Shown: positions 1 through 11,410 of the stretch, piece after piece | How the letters are laid out: each line of letters opens with the position of its first letter | Position numbering within the stretch: position 1 is the first letter of the stretch | Assembly: GCA_965644265.1 (NCBI GenBank) | Contig: OZ286467.1 | Span: forward strand, 20,212,001-20,276,000 | Source: Glycera tridactyla | Lineage: Eukaryota | Reading direction: 5' to 3' | Length of the DNA: 64,000 nucleotides | Made by a program: the position numbers and the translations under genes | Notes under the pieces: generated by a model | Seen by the model: only the letters and a program-made list of their open reading frames with translations | The model's database searches: none | What the model was told of the DNA's origin: nothing

Positions 1-183
1 CCTGCTTATATAATGTGAGATCGCCCAGTGATATCGTTTCACAGGTACTGCATTCATCCCTGTGTCATATTGCTTGTTTTTCTTCAAAGGATGCATAGTT
101 AGAAATCCCTAATTTTCCAACATCAACCAATGGATTTCATGATTATTGATGGGACTCAGATGCCTTAGAATGAAATTTATATA

Positions 184-354
184 CAGTGAAACCTCTGACA
201 AGAGACCACTCAAAATGTCACCAAAATGTGGTCTTTCAAAAGATATGGTCTCTCATTAGAGGCATATTTGACTATGTCAAATTGAAAAGTTGCCCTGAGA
301 ATGCATTCTCCCATCAGAGGTGGGGGGGGGGGGGGCTCATCACAGGTTCCACTG
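184..354. mobile_element. MITE family A (TA TSD)
   Basis: TA|CAGTGAAACCT...AGGTTCCACTG|TA, with the internal ATTTGACtatGTCAAAT hairpin. Confidence 0.9.
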
Positions 355-2725
355 TATAAATTTCAGAATTGCTGGGTATTTCTTTCAATCGCACTCCTAT
401 TTTCTCTTCAGTGTGAGGAGGGTGTTAGGCTGAGGTATTTGTAGGAGTAATTTCAAGATATTATTCCACAATTTAAAACATATGCAGTGTTATAGCTCTT
501 CAGATCAGTAAAATTGCATAACTCTGAATTTCATAATGGCATCCGTCAAATATATCTTTATTCTGCATGAGAAGGGACTTATTGATCTGTCAACTTGTGT
601 TTTTGGATAGTTAACTAAGTAGACCAGTTGGCTGTGTGTCATGATGAACCTCTATTACACAAAGGCGTTAGAAACCAGCATGGCGCGGAATGATCGCTGA
701 ACTTTTGCTACACTGATCTGAAGTTTCGCCATGGATGAGATCCAACAAAGAGAGTTGGAGAAGAAATGTAGCATGACGCAGTTGTAATATCTGTGTTCGA
801 CGTTGCACGTCTCACATGGACTTTTTATTGGAATTATATCCTGTATTGCCTATTCTGTGGATGACATAAACTATATTAGTCTTCATTTCATTTACAAGAT
901 TCACGTGCCAAGCTTCCATCTATCACCGCTAGAATGCAATTAGAAATACATAAAAACGGTTATTCCGATATCTATGTTGTTACTTCTTTTCTCATTTTTC
1001 ACGATTGCAGCGGATGACATCGTACAGTCATGCCATATCTTGACGATACGGCCTGCAGTGTTGAATGATAATTTATCTGCTTTCCGTTTTTACTCGATTT
1101 TTATCGGTCGCTTAATTTGTGTGAAACCTGGTAGTGCAACTCTTCTCTCGATCATACCCAAATACTTAGAATGTTTCCACACTGATACGGATTTTTGTCA
1201 GATCAATTTTCATCTTACCTGAATGAGCAGAAAACGTTTACCATACCTCAGTGAATAGAATACATATGGGTCAACCAATAAGCTCATCCTCAGTTGAAGA
1301 TACTGATGATTTGTAAATCTATCAATTTGTGAGTCAGGATAAACAGGTGTTTCAGACCAAAAAATAACTAGCCCAGTCTGCATTTCAACCAAATTCATCA
1401 GTATGGTCCATGATTTTATGGTGACTATTTTGTGATTGTTTTGGGGGGGAAAATTAATCAAAAATCGGTGCACATCTTCTAGACCCATTGATGACCTTGT
1501 GATTGCAGTACTCATTTTGGTACAAATTTACCATCTACTAGTCAGTTATGCATTTCAATTGTGTGAAAATTATTTGCACTTGAATTCTTCAATTTGGAAG
1601 ATTATCTTAATATCATCTTAGCAGTGAAATTGTCACATGTTCTCTTCATTCTATCAGTTGTTATACCGCATCTTTTAATTTGTGAGTAGGAGCTGTCCCA
1701 TATATTGGTTACATTTATACCTGGCGCCCCCACACACCCTTTTGTTGCTATGATGGTAAATTGCAGTATCAATTACGGTTCCTTGCTTGTTGGCTTTTGT
1801 CACGTATGCAAGTCAGGAGTGCGGTCTGCGCATTGACGCACAGCTTCTGTTTTGGAGGTTTCTATTTGCCGGCATCGATCCCCACCTGCCACTATAGTAA
1901 CCCACTGCTCCTGCCGTCCTTCTATCTAATTATCCGTCATTTCGATATGAGAAATCTTGTTATCCGGGCAGTATCGGTATGCACATATCAACGGTTGTGG
2001 GTGGAAGCGGGTACAATATAGAAGCGTTGAACCATGACCAGGGCCGTCTGAAGTAACAATTTGTCAGCGTGACCGCCTCCCTAATGATGTAGTTGCAGTG
2101 ACCTTTCTTACCCATAAGAGAAATACCCCATATGTTACAGCCAATTCTGATTTATGATATGAACTCCATTGCTTTATGCTTGATTATCATGCTGACAGAG
2201 CAACAAAGGTTCGAACTATGGCGGCATGATTATCAAGAATTGCAACTCCTTGATTCGGAACTTTGATGTGGATCAGGTGTCATATACACAGACTGGTACA
2301 TTGTACATGACTTCACTGCACTGCAGTTGTGTATCAAATGATAACCAGCTACCTCCTTCAACTCAATCCACCCCGGCTATCCCTTAGAGCACTCCATCTT
2401 TATTAGTTGCCGGGACCATCCCGACAATTTTCTTCACCTTCGTTGTCAGGTTGAGATTCGAGTCTTAATTTGGTGTCATTCAAACACTCTCGATGGGCAT
2501 TCATCTCACTTATCTATTTCCTTGTCAAATGGGACATCACTTGAGATTTGAGAAGCAATTTTTTCGAGTTGTTAAAAAAAGAAAAAAGAAAAAAATCTTC
2601 GTACATGGTCCAATCCCAACATGAGTGATCACACTCATGGAAGTAAAACATCATGACTTTGGTCACTTCAACTGTCATTTTGAATCAATGAGGTGACACT
2701 TTACAGTGTTCAAAGGAATCTGCAC

Positions 2726-2894
2726 CAGGGCCATTCTAGGCTGGGGAAAAGTATGGAATCTGGAAAAAATCCCCATTTTTTTGTACCATCAAGATAGGTC
2801 AGGTGACAGTTCTTTCCAGCTAGGAAAAAATATGGGTTTGGAAAATTTATGGAAAATTATGGAAGTTGGTTTCCAAAACTGGCTATGAGCCCTG
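2726..2894. mobile_element. Degenerate CAGGG...CCCTG non-autonomous DNA element (hAT-like)
   Basis: CAGGGC/GCCCTG ends and repeated TGGAAAA subterminal motifs. No TSD is recognisable. Confidence 0.45.
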
Positions 2895-3722
2895 ACTTCA
2901 GGCCAATAGTGGCTCTGTGCTTCCATTTAGCCAAACATGTTGATACACATTCATTTATTTTCAAGATAATATTTCTCATAAGATGAATGACATGCATCAC
3001 ATTGTGCTGCCATACTTCAGATGACATCTGTCTAAAGTCGAGGGGTGGTCATGTTTTCCCCTTGCCACCAGCAGGGGATGCTTCTGCTTGGTTTACCCCA
3101 CTTGATGGTCTATTGTGTGCACCCTCTTCACTTGGATACACACCGTGACAGCACCCCTGCTGGTTCTTTTGTGTGATCCAATGATATTAAGGGTATCACT
3201 CTTGTTCATATCGGCGTACAGTGAATAACAAGTTGAATTACACTGGTGAATTATGGGTGAATTATACCGCCCCATTACACATGTGTGAACAGCTAGTTTT
3301 TGGCTGATCTCAGCACCATGTGGGAGGAGGAGATGTTTTATGAGTTTTCAAAATAATTTATCCCCTTATTTGTTTCTCTCACATTGAAGTATTCAATCCA
3401 GTGAAGCTGTGGAATTCCCAAATTCTGAATTATAATGTACAAAACCAACTCTTGTCCCTTCAGGCGAGTAATTTTCCCAGCATCAAAATTTTCTCTTCCT
3501 TGGTCCTCATATATTTCTATTAGATATTAAAAGCTTTTTTCATCATATCAGGCTATAACCATAAAATGTACTGCAGCAACTAAAATACGATCGAGGTCAT
3601 GTATCTAGTATAGTATTATGCTACACACATTCATTATTCATGACAATTACTCATTAATTTCATTCATCAAATATGATGCAGACACACCCCTTGATGAGAC
3701 CACCTCCATCAGGTGACCAGTA

Positions 3723-3899
3723 CAATGAAACCTGTGATGAGAGATGGCCCTATATGTAAAAAAAAAGCGGTCTCTCAAAACAGGTGGTCTCTCGTTGCAG
3801 GTATATTTGACTTTGTCAAATAGGAAAGCTTCCTTGGAAAAACTGTCTCTTGTCAGAGGTGGTCTCTCATCAGGGGGTCACTCTTTTCAGGTTTCATTC
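3723..3899. mobile_element. MITE family A
   Basis: TA|CAATGAAACCTG...CAGGTTTCATTC|TA, with GGTGGTCTC repeats and the central hairpin. Confidence 0.9.
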
Positions 3900-4719
3900 T
3901 AGTACAGGGTAGCTTTTCCATTTGACAGAATCCGATAATAACTCTGAGAGACTACCTGTTTTGAAAAATGTTCTTGGTGACATTTATGTTCATCTAACAT
4001 TGCAGGTCTGCTGTGTGCCTCCGAAAAATATCATATAGGATTAACTAACATGCATTTGATGAGGCAGGTATTGTGAGTTTCATGGCGAAGTTTGGATGGG
4101 GTTATGCTACATAGCAGCTCTTCATTCCCACCATTGATTCAAATCTGAATGACTTGCTGCGAAGATTGTACATTTTTCAAGCAATGTACTCCATGATTTT
4201 GAGCTTATGGCGATGATGACACAAACATCATCATTGCTATACTACTCATATCCATTGTGCTAACAAGTCAATGTGGAATTTCCATCATTCAACTCATTGC
4301 ATCAGTATACAGAGTAAAAGCTCACACAACATAATTCAAACAAGGAATTACATACAACGATTTATGAAAAGAGGCATTGTTCATTTTGATTTGAGGTACC
4401 ACTATCTGCTAACTTTGGGTGTGTTGAGGAAGTGAGCGACACCTCAAGGCACCCAAACGCTGATTTAATGTACAATTCAAAAAAATAAAAACAAGTATCT
4501 CCACTTGAACCATTTATCATGCAGTGAGCGCATGATGACACCAGTAATTTCAGATAAACATTCATTGTCAAAACTGTTCCATCAAGTTTTCCCTTGAGGC
4601 GATTGGGTAACAGTCCACACTGACATGTTGCTTTCACAAGTTTCCTTCATGTCATGTGAGTTTCTGTCACTCTACTTGTACATTTCAGGCAAAGAATTAC
4701 ATTGATTGGCATATTTCAC

Positions 4720-4836
4720 CTGCATAATTGTTCGAAATCTCTCAAATCTTCGTTTAATTTTGATGATGAAATGTCCATTGTTGCTTTAGTATGGGTTTTG
4801 TTCTTTATCAAAGTACATGTATGCCAATTTGCACAC
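4720..4836 (-). CDS. Possible next exon (...KATMDISSSKLNEDLRDFEQLC)
   Basis: CAG|gtgaaa donor in phase 2 with a protein-like open frame. The acceptor (gatag|) is weak and was chosen to fit phase. Confidence 0.25.
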
Positions 4837-4917
4837 CTATCTACATTTGGACCATTGGAGTAGCCCATGATTTGAAGGAAAGTGGTGATTCCATTATCTG
4901 TTGGAATAAATGCTCAC

Positions 4918-4953
4918 CTGAAATTTTTGCTCACATATCTGTTCCAGTCATAT
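4918..4953 (-). CDS. Candidate 36-nt exon (YDWNRYVSKNF)
   Basis: Minus strand: ttttttttttcaag| acceptor and CAG|gtgagc donor. Only one frame is open (phase 2-2), in frame with the 5522-5602 exon. Read-through past the donor gives R-stop. Confidence 0.6.
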
Positions 4954-5119
4954 CTTGAAAAAAAAAATTGGATATTCCAATTCCTATATAGATACAATTG
5001 CTTAAAAATAATCCTGCGCATATTTCTCTTTCACAAATATCTTCGAGTTTATGATTTTGGCACGTAGGTTTTTCAAAAATTCTTCATGAAATGAGAGTAA
5101 CATGTGTCTTGCATATGTA

Positions 5120-5296
5120 CAATCAAGCCTGCTCAAGAGAACACATCTCTATAAAAGTCACCTGCCTACAAAGGCCCCCTGACCTGTGACCATTATAGTA
5201 TTTTCAACAGTGAATTACCTATCTATAAAGGCCACCTGCCTATAAAGGCCACTTTTTGTTGCAATGGAAGATGGTCTTTGTAGAAAAGTTGGACTG
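5120..5296. mobile_element. MITE family B
   Basis: TA-flanked degenerate TIRs, AAAGGCCACC repeats and a central tagtatttttcaacagt. Confidence 0.8.
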
Positions 5297-5521
5297 TACT
5301 CAGTACACCACATGATTGCATGGATACAGACAAACATATGACTATTCAGAGAAACAGAAAATGTCCTTCAGCTGTTGGGGACAAGTCTTCATTGTTGGGT
5401 CATATGACCCATAGTATTTCACCCAGTGGGCATTCTTCTCTTGTCTCAGAAGATTATTGTCCCAATATCGGTGAAATTTGGTTTAATTCCAAGTGCTATG
5501 AGCTATTTCACCTCAACATAC

Positions 5522-5602
5522 CTCGCTCGTAGCATTTGACAATGCTCATGTACATATGTCTTTAAGTGCTCCAAACCGTAGTGTTTCACTCTTTTTTCCA
5601 CT
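5522..5602 (-). CDS. Candidate internal 81-nt exon (VEKRVKHYGLEHLKTYVHEHCQMLRA+R)
   Basis: Minus strand: taatacttcag| acceptor and GAG|gtatgt donor. The phase 2-2 frame is open and joins the 7072 donor in frame. Confidence 0.6.
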
Positions 5603-5817
5603 CTGAAGTATTATTACTAAATTGAACGAGTCATTCTCAACTTGAAGTTCCACATTATGTGTGGCTCAAATCATTGCTGGTTGGAAGCTGTCAAATTGTG
5701 GAATAGATACTCCTGCCAGTTTCTTTGATAATCAGGGTACAGAGAAACTTGCAACGAGAGGCCCCTAGACCACCTCCAATTGGGTACTGCTTCCACATTT
5801 CAGCTTTCTTATTTGAA

Positions 5818-6016
5818 ATAGTCAAACTTCCTCTCTATAAATACCACCTGCCTATAATGGCCACCCTGATTTGCGTCTGATAGTAGTTTCGATAGTAAAT
5901 GACCTCTATAAAGGCCACTTTGATGAATCCGAAGGTCACCTTTATAGACAGGTTTTAGGAGACCACTTTTTGATGACATTTTGTTTAGGATGGTCACTTG
6001 CCTTTAAGTTTCATTG
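5818..6016. mobile_element. Composite MITE (family B left part, family A right end)
   Basis: agtcaaactt plus ataatggccacc repeats, then ggagaccactttttgatgacattt...aagtttcattg|TA. Confidence 0.65.
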
Positions 6017-6688
6017 TAGAATTAGCTGGCATGGTACTAGTAGGCGTACAAAACATGTATCTCTGCCATCATAATGCATGGTGTTTCATACTTTTCATTG
6101 ATATCTTGAATTGGCAAAGTGTGTTTTTTGTACACCTGATGTCAAGATACAGTAATCATTGATCATTTATCCAATATTGACTATTTATATCCTGTCAATA
6201 TGTCAAAGATTAATTTGTTAAATGACCATATTTGAGTGTGAACATATGGTCATTGGAAGGGAACATAAAGGTTGGGGGACATAATGTCCACTGTTTTACA
6301 TGTTCTCTATCGAATGCAAGAGTGCAAATAAAATGAGTTGTATTCAAACCCTAAAATGCTGGGGGAAGACTCCGGAAATAGGAAAATGAAATTTAACTTT
6401 AGTTAACAAGATCATAATATTAGATTACTGTTCTGTATTTTTTATGTCGCTAAACCTTTGGAATGAACATAGGAAAGGTCTGACCTCAGTAGAATATGCC
6501 AGAACAAGTGTTAAAATGAGGAGCCATCAGCGAGAACTACTGTGAAAGTTTTTGAGGGGTTGCCAGAATTACTGGGAGATATATGAATGAGAAGAGTGTA
6601 CACAAAAAAGTTCTTTGTATCTGTCCACTTGGTCATTCATTGAATTGCCTGGAAGAGTCGTGCATCCCTCAAAGCTGTATGACTCGTG

Positions 6689-6691
<3 letters not shown>

Positions 6692-6764
<73 letters not shown>

Positions 6765-6829
6765 CGTGTGTATGTGTGTGCCAGTACAATCTGGAAATAT
6801 GTCTCTGACATGATTTCTATCACTAAAAA

Positions 6830-6895
<66 letters not shown>
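6692..6895. repeat. Two (TG)n microsatellites
   Basis: Directly visible. Confidence 0.97.
6780..6830 (+). mobile_element. 51-bp SINE body fragment between two (TG)n arrays
   Basis: Identical by eye to 43535-43585. Confidence 0.8.
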
Positions 6896-6896
<1 letters not shown>

Positions 6897-7071
6897 TGTT
6901 GGTCTGTCCTTCTGACTGTCTGACTCTTTAGTCTGTTCCTGGTTGCTCTCGTGGCCTTCTGCCCAGTTTGTTCACATGAAAGTTTGTCTATCCGACACAC
7001 CATCAAAGTTGCCTACTATCCAAGCCTTCATTTATCTCTAATTCAAGACTACACTGTGGTTAATTTCTCAC

Positions 7072-7154
7072 CTGGACTTTGTAATTTTCCCTTGCATGTT
7101 TTCATGTTTATCTCGATAAATATCTCTCATCAGTTGTATGCCTGTTGTTGTCAT
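7072..7154 (-). CDS. Candidate first coding exon part of an unidentified multi-exon gene (MTTTGIQLMRDIYRDKHENMQGKITKS+R); whole exon probably 7258-7072 with 5'UTR
   Basis: Minus strand: acceptor ctcaactttttctag| at 7259/7258 and donor CCAG|gtgaga at 7072/7071. The only frame open at the donor ends in phase 2. A weaker alternative acceptor lies at 7168/7167 (96-nt exon). Confidence 0.5.
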
Positions 7155-7497
7155 CCTCTGTCTCCGGCTAATTATTACTCGAGGTTTGATGATAGGGTAC
7201 CAGCAAGTGATTTATACGATTCTGAATTGCAATCCATTTCTTCTGAAGTTTTCACACCCTAGAAAAAGTTGAGACGCCTTTTTGTGGGAATTTCTGCCGA
7301 CATGTACTTGTATTGGCTGCTGTATTCTTGAAGAGATGATGCAAAAGTGGAATGCATTGTTTGAAAATAAAGTGCGGCAATCGTCACCGATATTAGGATC
7401 TGTTTTAGTTGACTTGAAGATGCACTCACATACACTTGGATTAGGTGCTTGTAGGTGCCAGGATAATCAACAAAAATCTTGTGACTAAGACCAACTA

Positions 7498-7680
7498 CAG
7501 GGGAACCAGTGGCAGGAGACCATATCAGATATGGACAAGAAGTGGTCATTCGAAAAAAGTTGATCTCTTATTGGAGATATATTTGAATGTGGCAAATGAA
7601 AAAAAAAACAGGTTCACCAAAATTGGTCCTTCATTGAAAGTGGTTTCTAATCAGGAGTCCCCTCATCACAGGTTTGACTG
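7498..7680. mobile_element. Degenerate MITE family A
   Basis: TA|CAGGGGAACC...tcatcacAGGTTTGACTG, with an internal layout matching family A. Confidence 0.7.
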
Positions 7681-9539
7681 TTTTCCAATTTCGGATACAC
7701 AGAAACATCAGGAAGTGTCTACCTCATGTGCCAGCACATGCTACATGAAAATTAAATGCGATGGTATTAGATTCAGTATTGTTACTGGCAATCCAGCAAT
7801 TCCATTTTGGTTGATGTACTTGAAAATTGAACAAGATGGAGAGATTGATGGGATTTTTTTTTGTATAAACCATCCAGCATTTCTGTTGATAAAGTGACCA
7901 TTGGACAAGCTGTGAGAGAATAATCAGAAAGGAGTATATTTTAACAAAACATGCAAAGGTTAACTACCAGTGTTGGACATTGGTCAGAGAATCTCCTAAT
8001 GCCAGGGGACGATTTCACCAACAGTTCATCTGATTCACTTTCTTTGTGATTGAATGGCATATCACTCACCAGGGAATGTGAACACTGTTGGTGAAGGGTT
8101 CCCTGGTGGATGATTCCATGGATCTGGGATCACCTTCGACTCCTCAGCCATCAGCGGATAATTTATAGCACGGGGCAATGGGATTAGCTGATAATCAGGG
8201 ATGAGAGAAACCCCACGATAATCTGCCCACCATCAAGCCAGGGTCACATCATGCCCCACCATCTATATTTACTGCTCTCCATGATCCATCGACTAAACCC
8301 TCGTGAGCACAACACCACCGCCACCATGAATTTTATCTAGTCTTATGTATGCTTGTGTTTCTAGCTACATTGACATTTCTGCTTAGGTCATTCCCGTATC
8401 CACTCATTATTGCAGAGATAGAGATGTGATTTCTGTGGATCTATGAATCAGAGATGTGATTTCTCTGAATCTATGAATCAAATATAATTGATTGGAATGA
8501 AGTGAGTCATACATATAATAGAAGAAAAGCCATTTAATCCTGATTATTATGTCCTTTAGATCATGAAAATCGGACCAGAATCAAAGGAATATGTGGCACA
8601 GAGTTTGTAGGCAGTTTGACATTACTGTCATAGTAGGCATTAGTTGACAGTTGTTGGGGTTTACGTGTTCAAGGCAGGTTTCCAGGTTTTCAACTGTCAG
8701 CCAGTCATATCAATAACACTACCCGCTTTTCATCTCCCATACCTTGAGATATTTCCTCATCATATATATATGAACCAATCCATTTCAGGGATAGATGGTT
8801 GGAATGCCTGCCCTGCCTACAATTAGCAAAGTGACATATGTTCCACTGTTACAATCCCCTTCATAATATTTTTTCCTATCACCCTGATATGGAATCACGT
8901 AGTGCATGGCAACAGCTCATTTCTCCCACCACAGCTTTGCCCACAAGCAAAATATCTTGACAATGGAAGAAATCTAATCAGGGTACCTGGTACGGAAATT
9001 GATTCACATCCTTCTCCCAAAACTATCATGTATGGCAGCTTACGCCTGAAATCGGTGGATTTTTTTTGAAAATGCAGATTGCATGTGAAGGTCCCCATTT
9101 GGTGTCAATCTGTTCAAGGGCGACTGTGTCATACCTACGACCAGGGATGTGATTGTTCCACAGGTCTGCAGATTTCTGTAATGCTGGAAGTAAATTCAAC
9201 AAGCCCGTCAGTGAAGTGAAATGTCTGCTGAATATTTCAGTTATCATATTAAGAAAATTGAACTAAAATTAGTGGAGATATATTACAGTATTTATACAGG
9301 TGGTTTGATATTTGCCAATTTGATTGTGTTGTGACATTCTATCCCCTACTTGGCTGTTGCTAGGGTTTGCATGGTCAAAGAGGGGCAGTATTTAGGATTT
9401 TGGCATTTTTCATTTTCTGTATTCTCATCGGTAAATTTGTGGCCTTAGAAGAATGGGTGCAGTTATAGGGGAAATATGATAAGGAGTATCATGGATATAA
9501 ATTCATCCTGAGACTGAGATGATAATTGTCGTGTCCTGA

Positions 9540-9635
9540 CAATGGAGCGGGAGACTGAAGCTGGTGCCCTGAAGGTCTTGTGCGGGGATTGAACCGGGTG
9601 GCCCCGAGGTCAGCAATAACTACTTTATCTATGTA
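9540..9635 (-). mobile_element. Possible degenerate tRNA-derived SINE head
   Basis: Minus-strand B-box-like GGTTCAATCCCCGC at ~9582-9595. The A box is poor. Confidence 0.3.
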
Positions 9636-9659
9636 TTAATGATGCCATTCTGAAGACAA

Positions 9660-9965
9660 CATGATCCTGTGTCGTCCACTTTCATCTGCGCAGATGATGC
9701 GCCGCGTCTCTTGCCTTTCAGGCATAAGATACATCACATTAATCATAGATGACATTGGCTTCTTATTTATATGATGAATGCGACCGCAATCAGAAAGCAA
9801 TGCTGTGGATTGCAAAGTATCATCAGTCAATCGTCGCCAATAGTCACAGCGATTGACCGATCATTTACTTGCAATCCCGCGGCCCACCTAAGTGTGATTG
9901 GACGGGTCGCCTATCAGGAATCAGACGGGTCCCCACCAGCAGATATTGACAATTTCTAATCATAC
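9660..9965. promoter_or_regulatory. CpG-rich island with CCAAT-like motifs; possible promoter or 5'UTR exon of the minus-strand gene
   Basis: Local CpG excess, tgattgg and ccaatag motifs, and a minus-strand donor CAA|gtaaat near 9877. Confidence 0.3.
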
Positions 9966-10941
9966 GCTGGACTTGAATCAGGTTGGGAGCTCATCTTAAA
10001 GATTAGAGACCGGATGATTAATGGAGTCCTGGCCGTATATGTCATGGAATGTAATTATTTTTTTCCTGTTTCATATTTTCATCTCCGAAATGAGATGTAG
10101 AACCACCATCAGTCAAAGCCATTGAGAAGCCATCTTTGATGTTGATGCTGTCTTTGGTGGTGACAATTTCTGCCCAGCCAACCCACACTCGGTAACATTC
10201 AATAAGTCAGGACTGCCCCTCACACAGCAATGCGGGGTCTTGTCTCGCTTGAAAATATAAGTAAGCATGCAGTTGTAAGCTTCTCTAGATCATATATGAC
10301 AAGATATGTCAGACTGTTGTTGAGCACAATATTGTGACTGGATTGTTCAAGAAAAATGCACTTGCACCAACACATGGACTTCTTGTTTGTCTGGCAGTGT
10401 TGGTGCCCAATATGTTTGCTCCATAAGTGAGACTTTATTCAGAATCATGATAAATGGAAATGAAAATAAAAAGAATAGAAATACCCACATATTGATAGAG
10501 GCATTTGTACAAAATATATATTCAATTTCGAATTCCTGGGATAGATTCGTGGAATTACACAGATTCCCATGTGTATAATATCTGAATAAAATCAACCAAA
10601 GTTGCATTAAGATTGGCTGGATATGTGGTGAAAATGCAATGTCCACATAAATATGCATGAGGAATTCTCCAGCGATGGCTCGGAGAATCATGCTCATCAT
10701 TGAGGATTCTCATCCTCACGGTAAAAGTGTGTAACATAAGAAAATGGACACACAGATGATGGTTGTTGATGGGTGAGGCTGCATGATGTGAATGATGACT
10801 GGGATGAGGAAGATGTGAAAGGATGAGGAGGCTGGCGGGTGATGCTAACCGCACGGGTAGGACAGATGCCAGGAAGCCATGCGCTGACCCCGCCACCTCA
10901 ACAAGGTCAAAGTTTAACTCATCCCTGATTTTGGATTCTCT

Positions 10942-11032
10942 TTATTCCTGGATCTCTGCAGATTCCTCAGTGCTGAAAGCCAGATCCACACTGCCGAGAC
11001 TCTCCTGTATGAGGTCATGCAAACCGAATAGA
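10942..11032 (-). CDS. Possible terminal coding exon (LFGLHDLIQESLGSVDLAFSTEESAEIQE*)
   Basis: Strong acceptor ggctttttctacag| at 11033/11032 followed by an acidic open frame to TAA. An AATAAA lies ~500 nt downstream (10434-10439). No partner exon was established. Confidence 0.25.
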
Positions 11033-11234
11033 CTGTAGAAAAAGCCATGCATGAGTTAATGCTCAAAGAGGAAATTAGATACTGATGCCTTCAGCTAGAA
11101 GTGGGGCGTTTACAAGCCCTTCGAATCTAATAGAGAACTCAATGAATTTCATCCCAGAATGATGTGCACAATTCTATACTTATCACTTCCACTTGATATT
11201 CCAGTGTGAATCTACATTATAATCAGTACCTGTA

Positions 11235-11410
11235 CATCGAAATCAGCAATGGAAGGCCGCCCTATGAGTCATTTGAATGAGGTCTCAATAGAGGTGGTGT
11301 CTCACCAGAGGGATATATTTACCTATGTCCAATGGGAAAGTTGCTGTATGGAAGCGGTCTTCCATTGAAGGTGGTCTCTTGTCCTGGGTCTCTTGTCACA
11401 GATTCTGCTG
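11235..11410. mobile_element. Degenerate MITE family A
   Basis: gaggtggtgtctc / gatatatttacctatgtccaat / ggtggtctcttgtc layout. The ends are eroded. Confidence 0.6.

Noticed and set aside
2112-2192. Minus-strand segment with a good acceptor and a GTAAGA donor
   Set aside because: All three frames contain stops, so at most it is a non-coding or poison exon, and nothing else supports it.
4900-4980. mir-87 precursor
   Set aside because: No complementary 5p arm or loop is present, and the sequence is better explained as exon plus donor.
6569-7006. HTHT/CVCV ORFs here and at 16450-16805, 43090-43509, 44167-44514, 50895-51499 and 62421-62780
   Set aside because: They are microsatellite translations.
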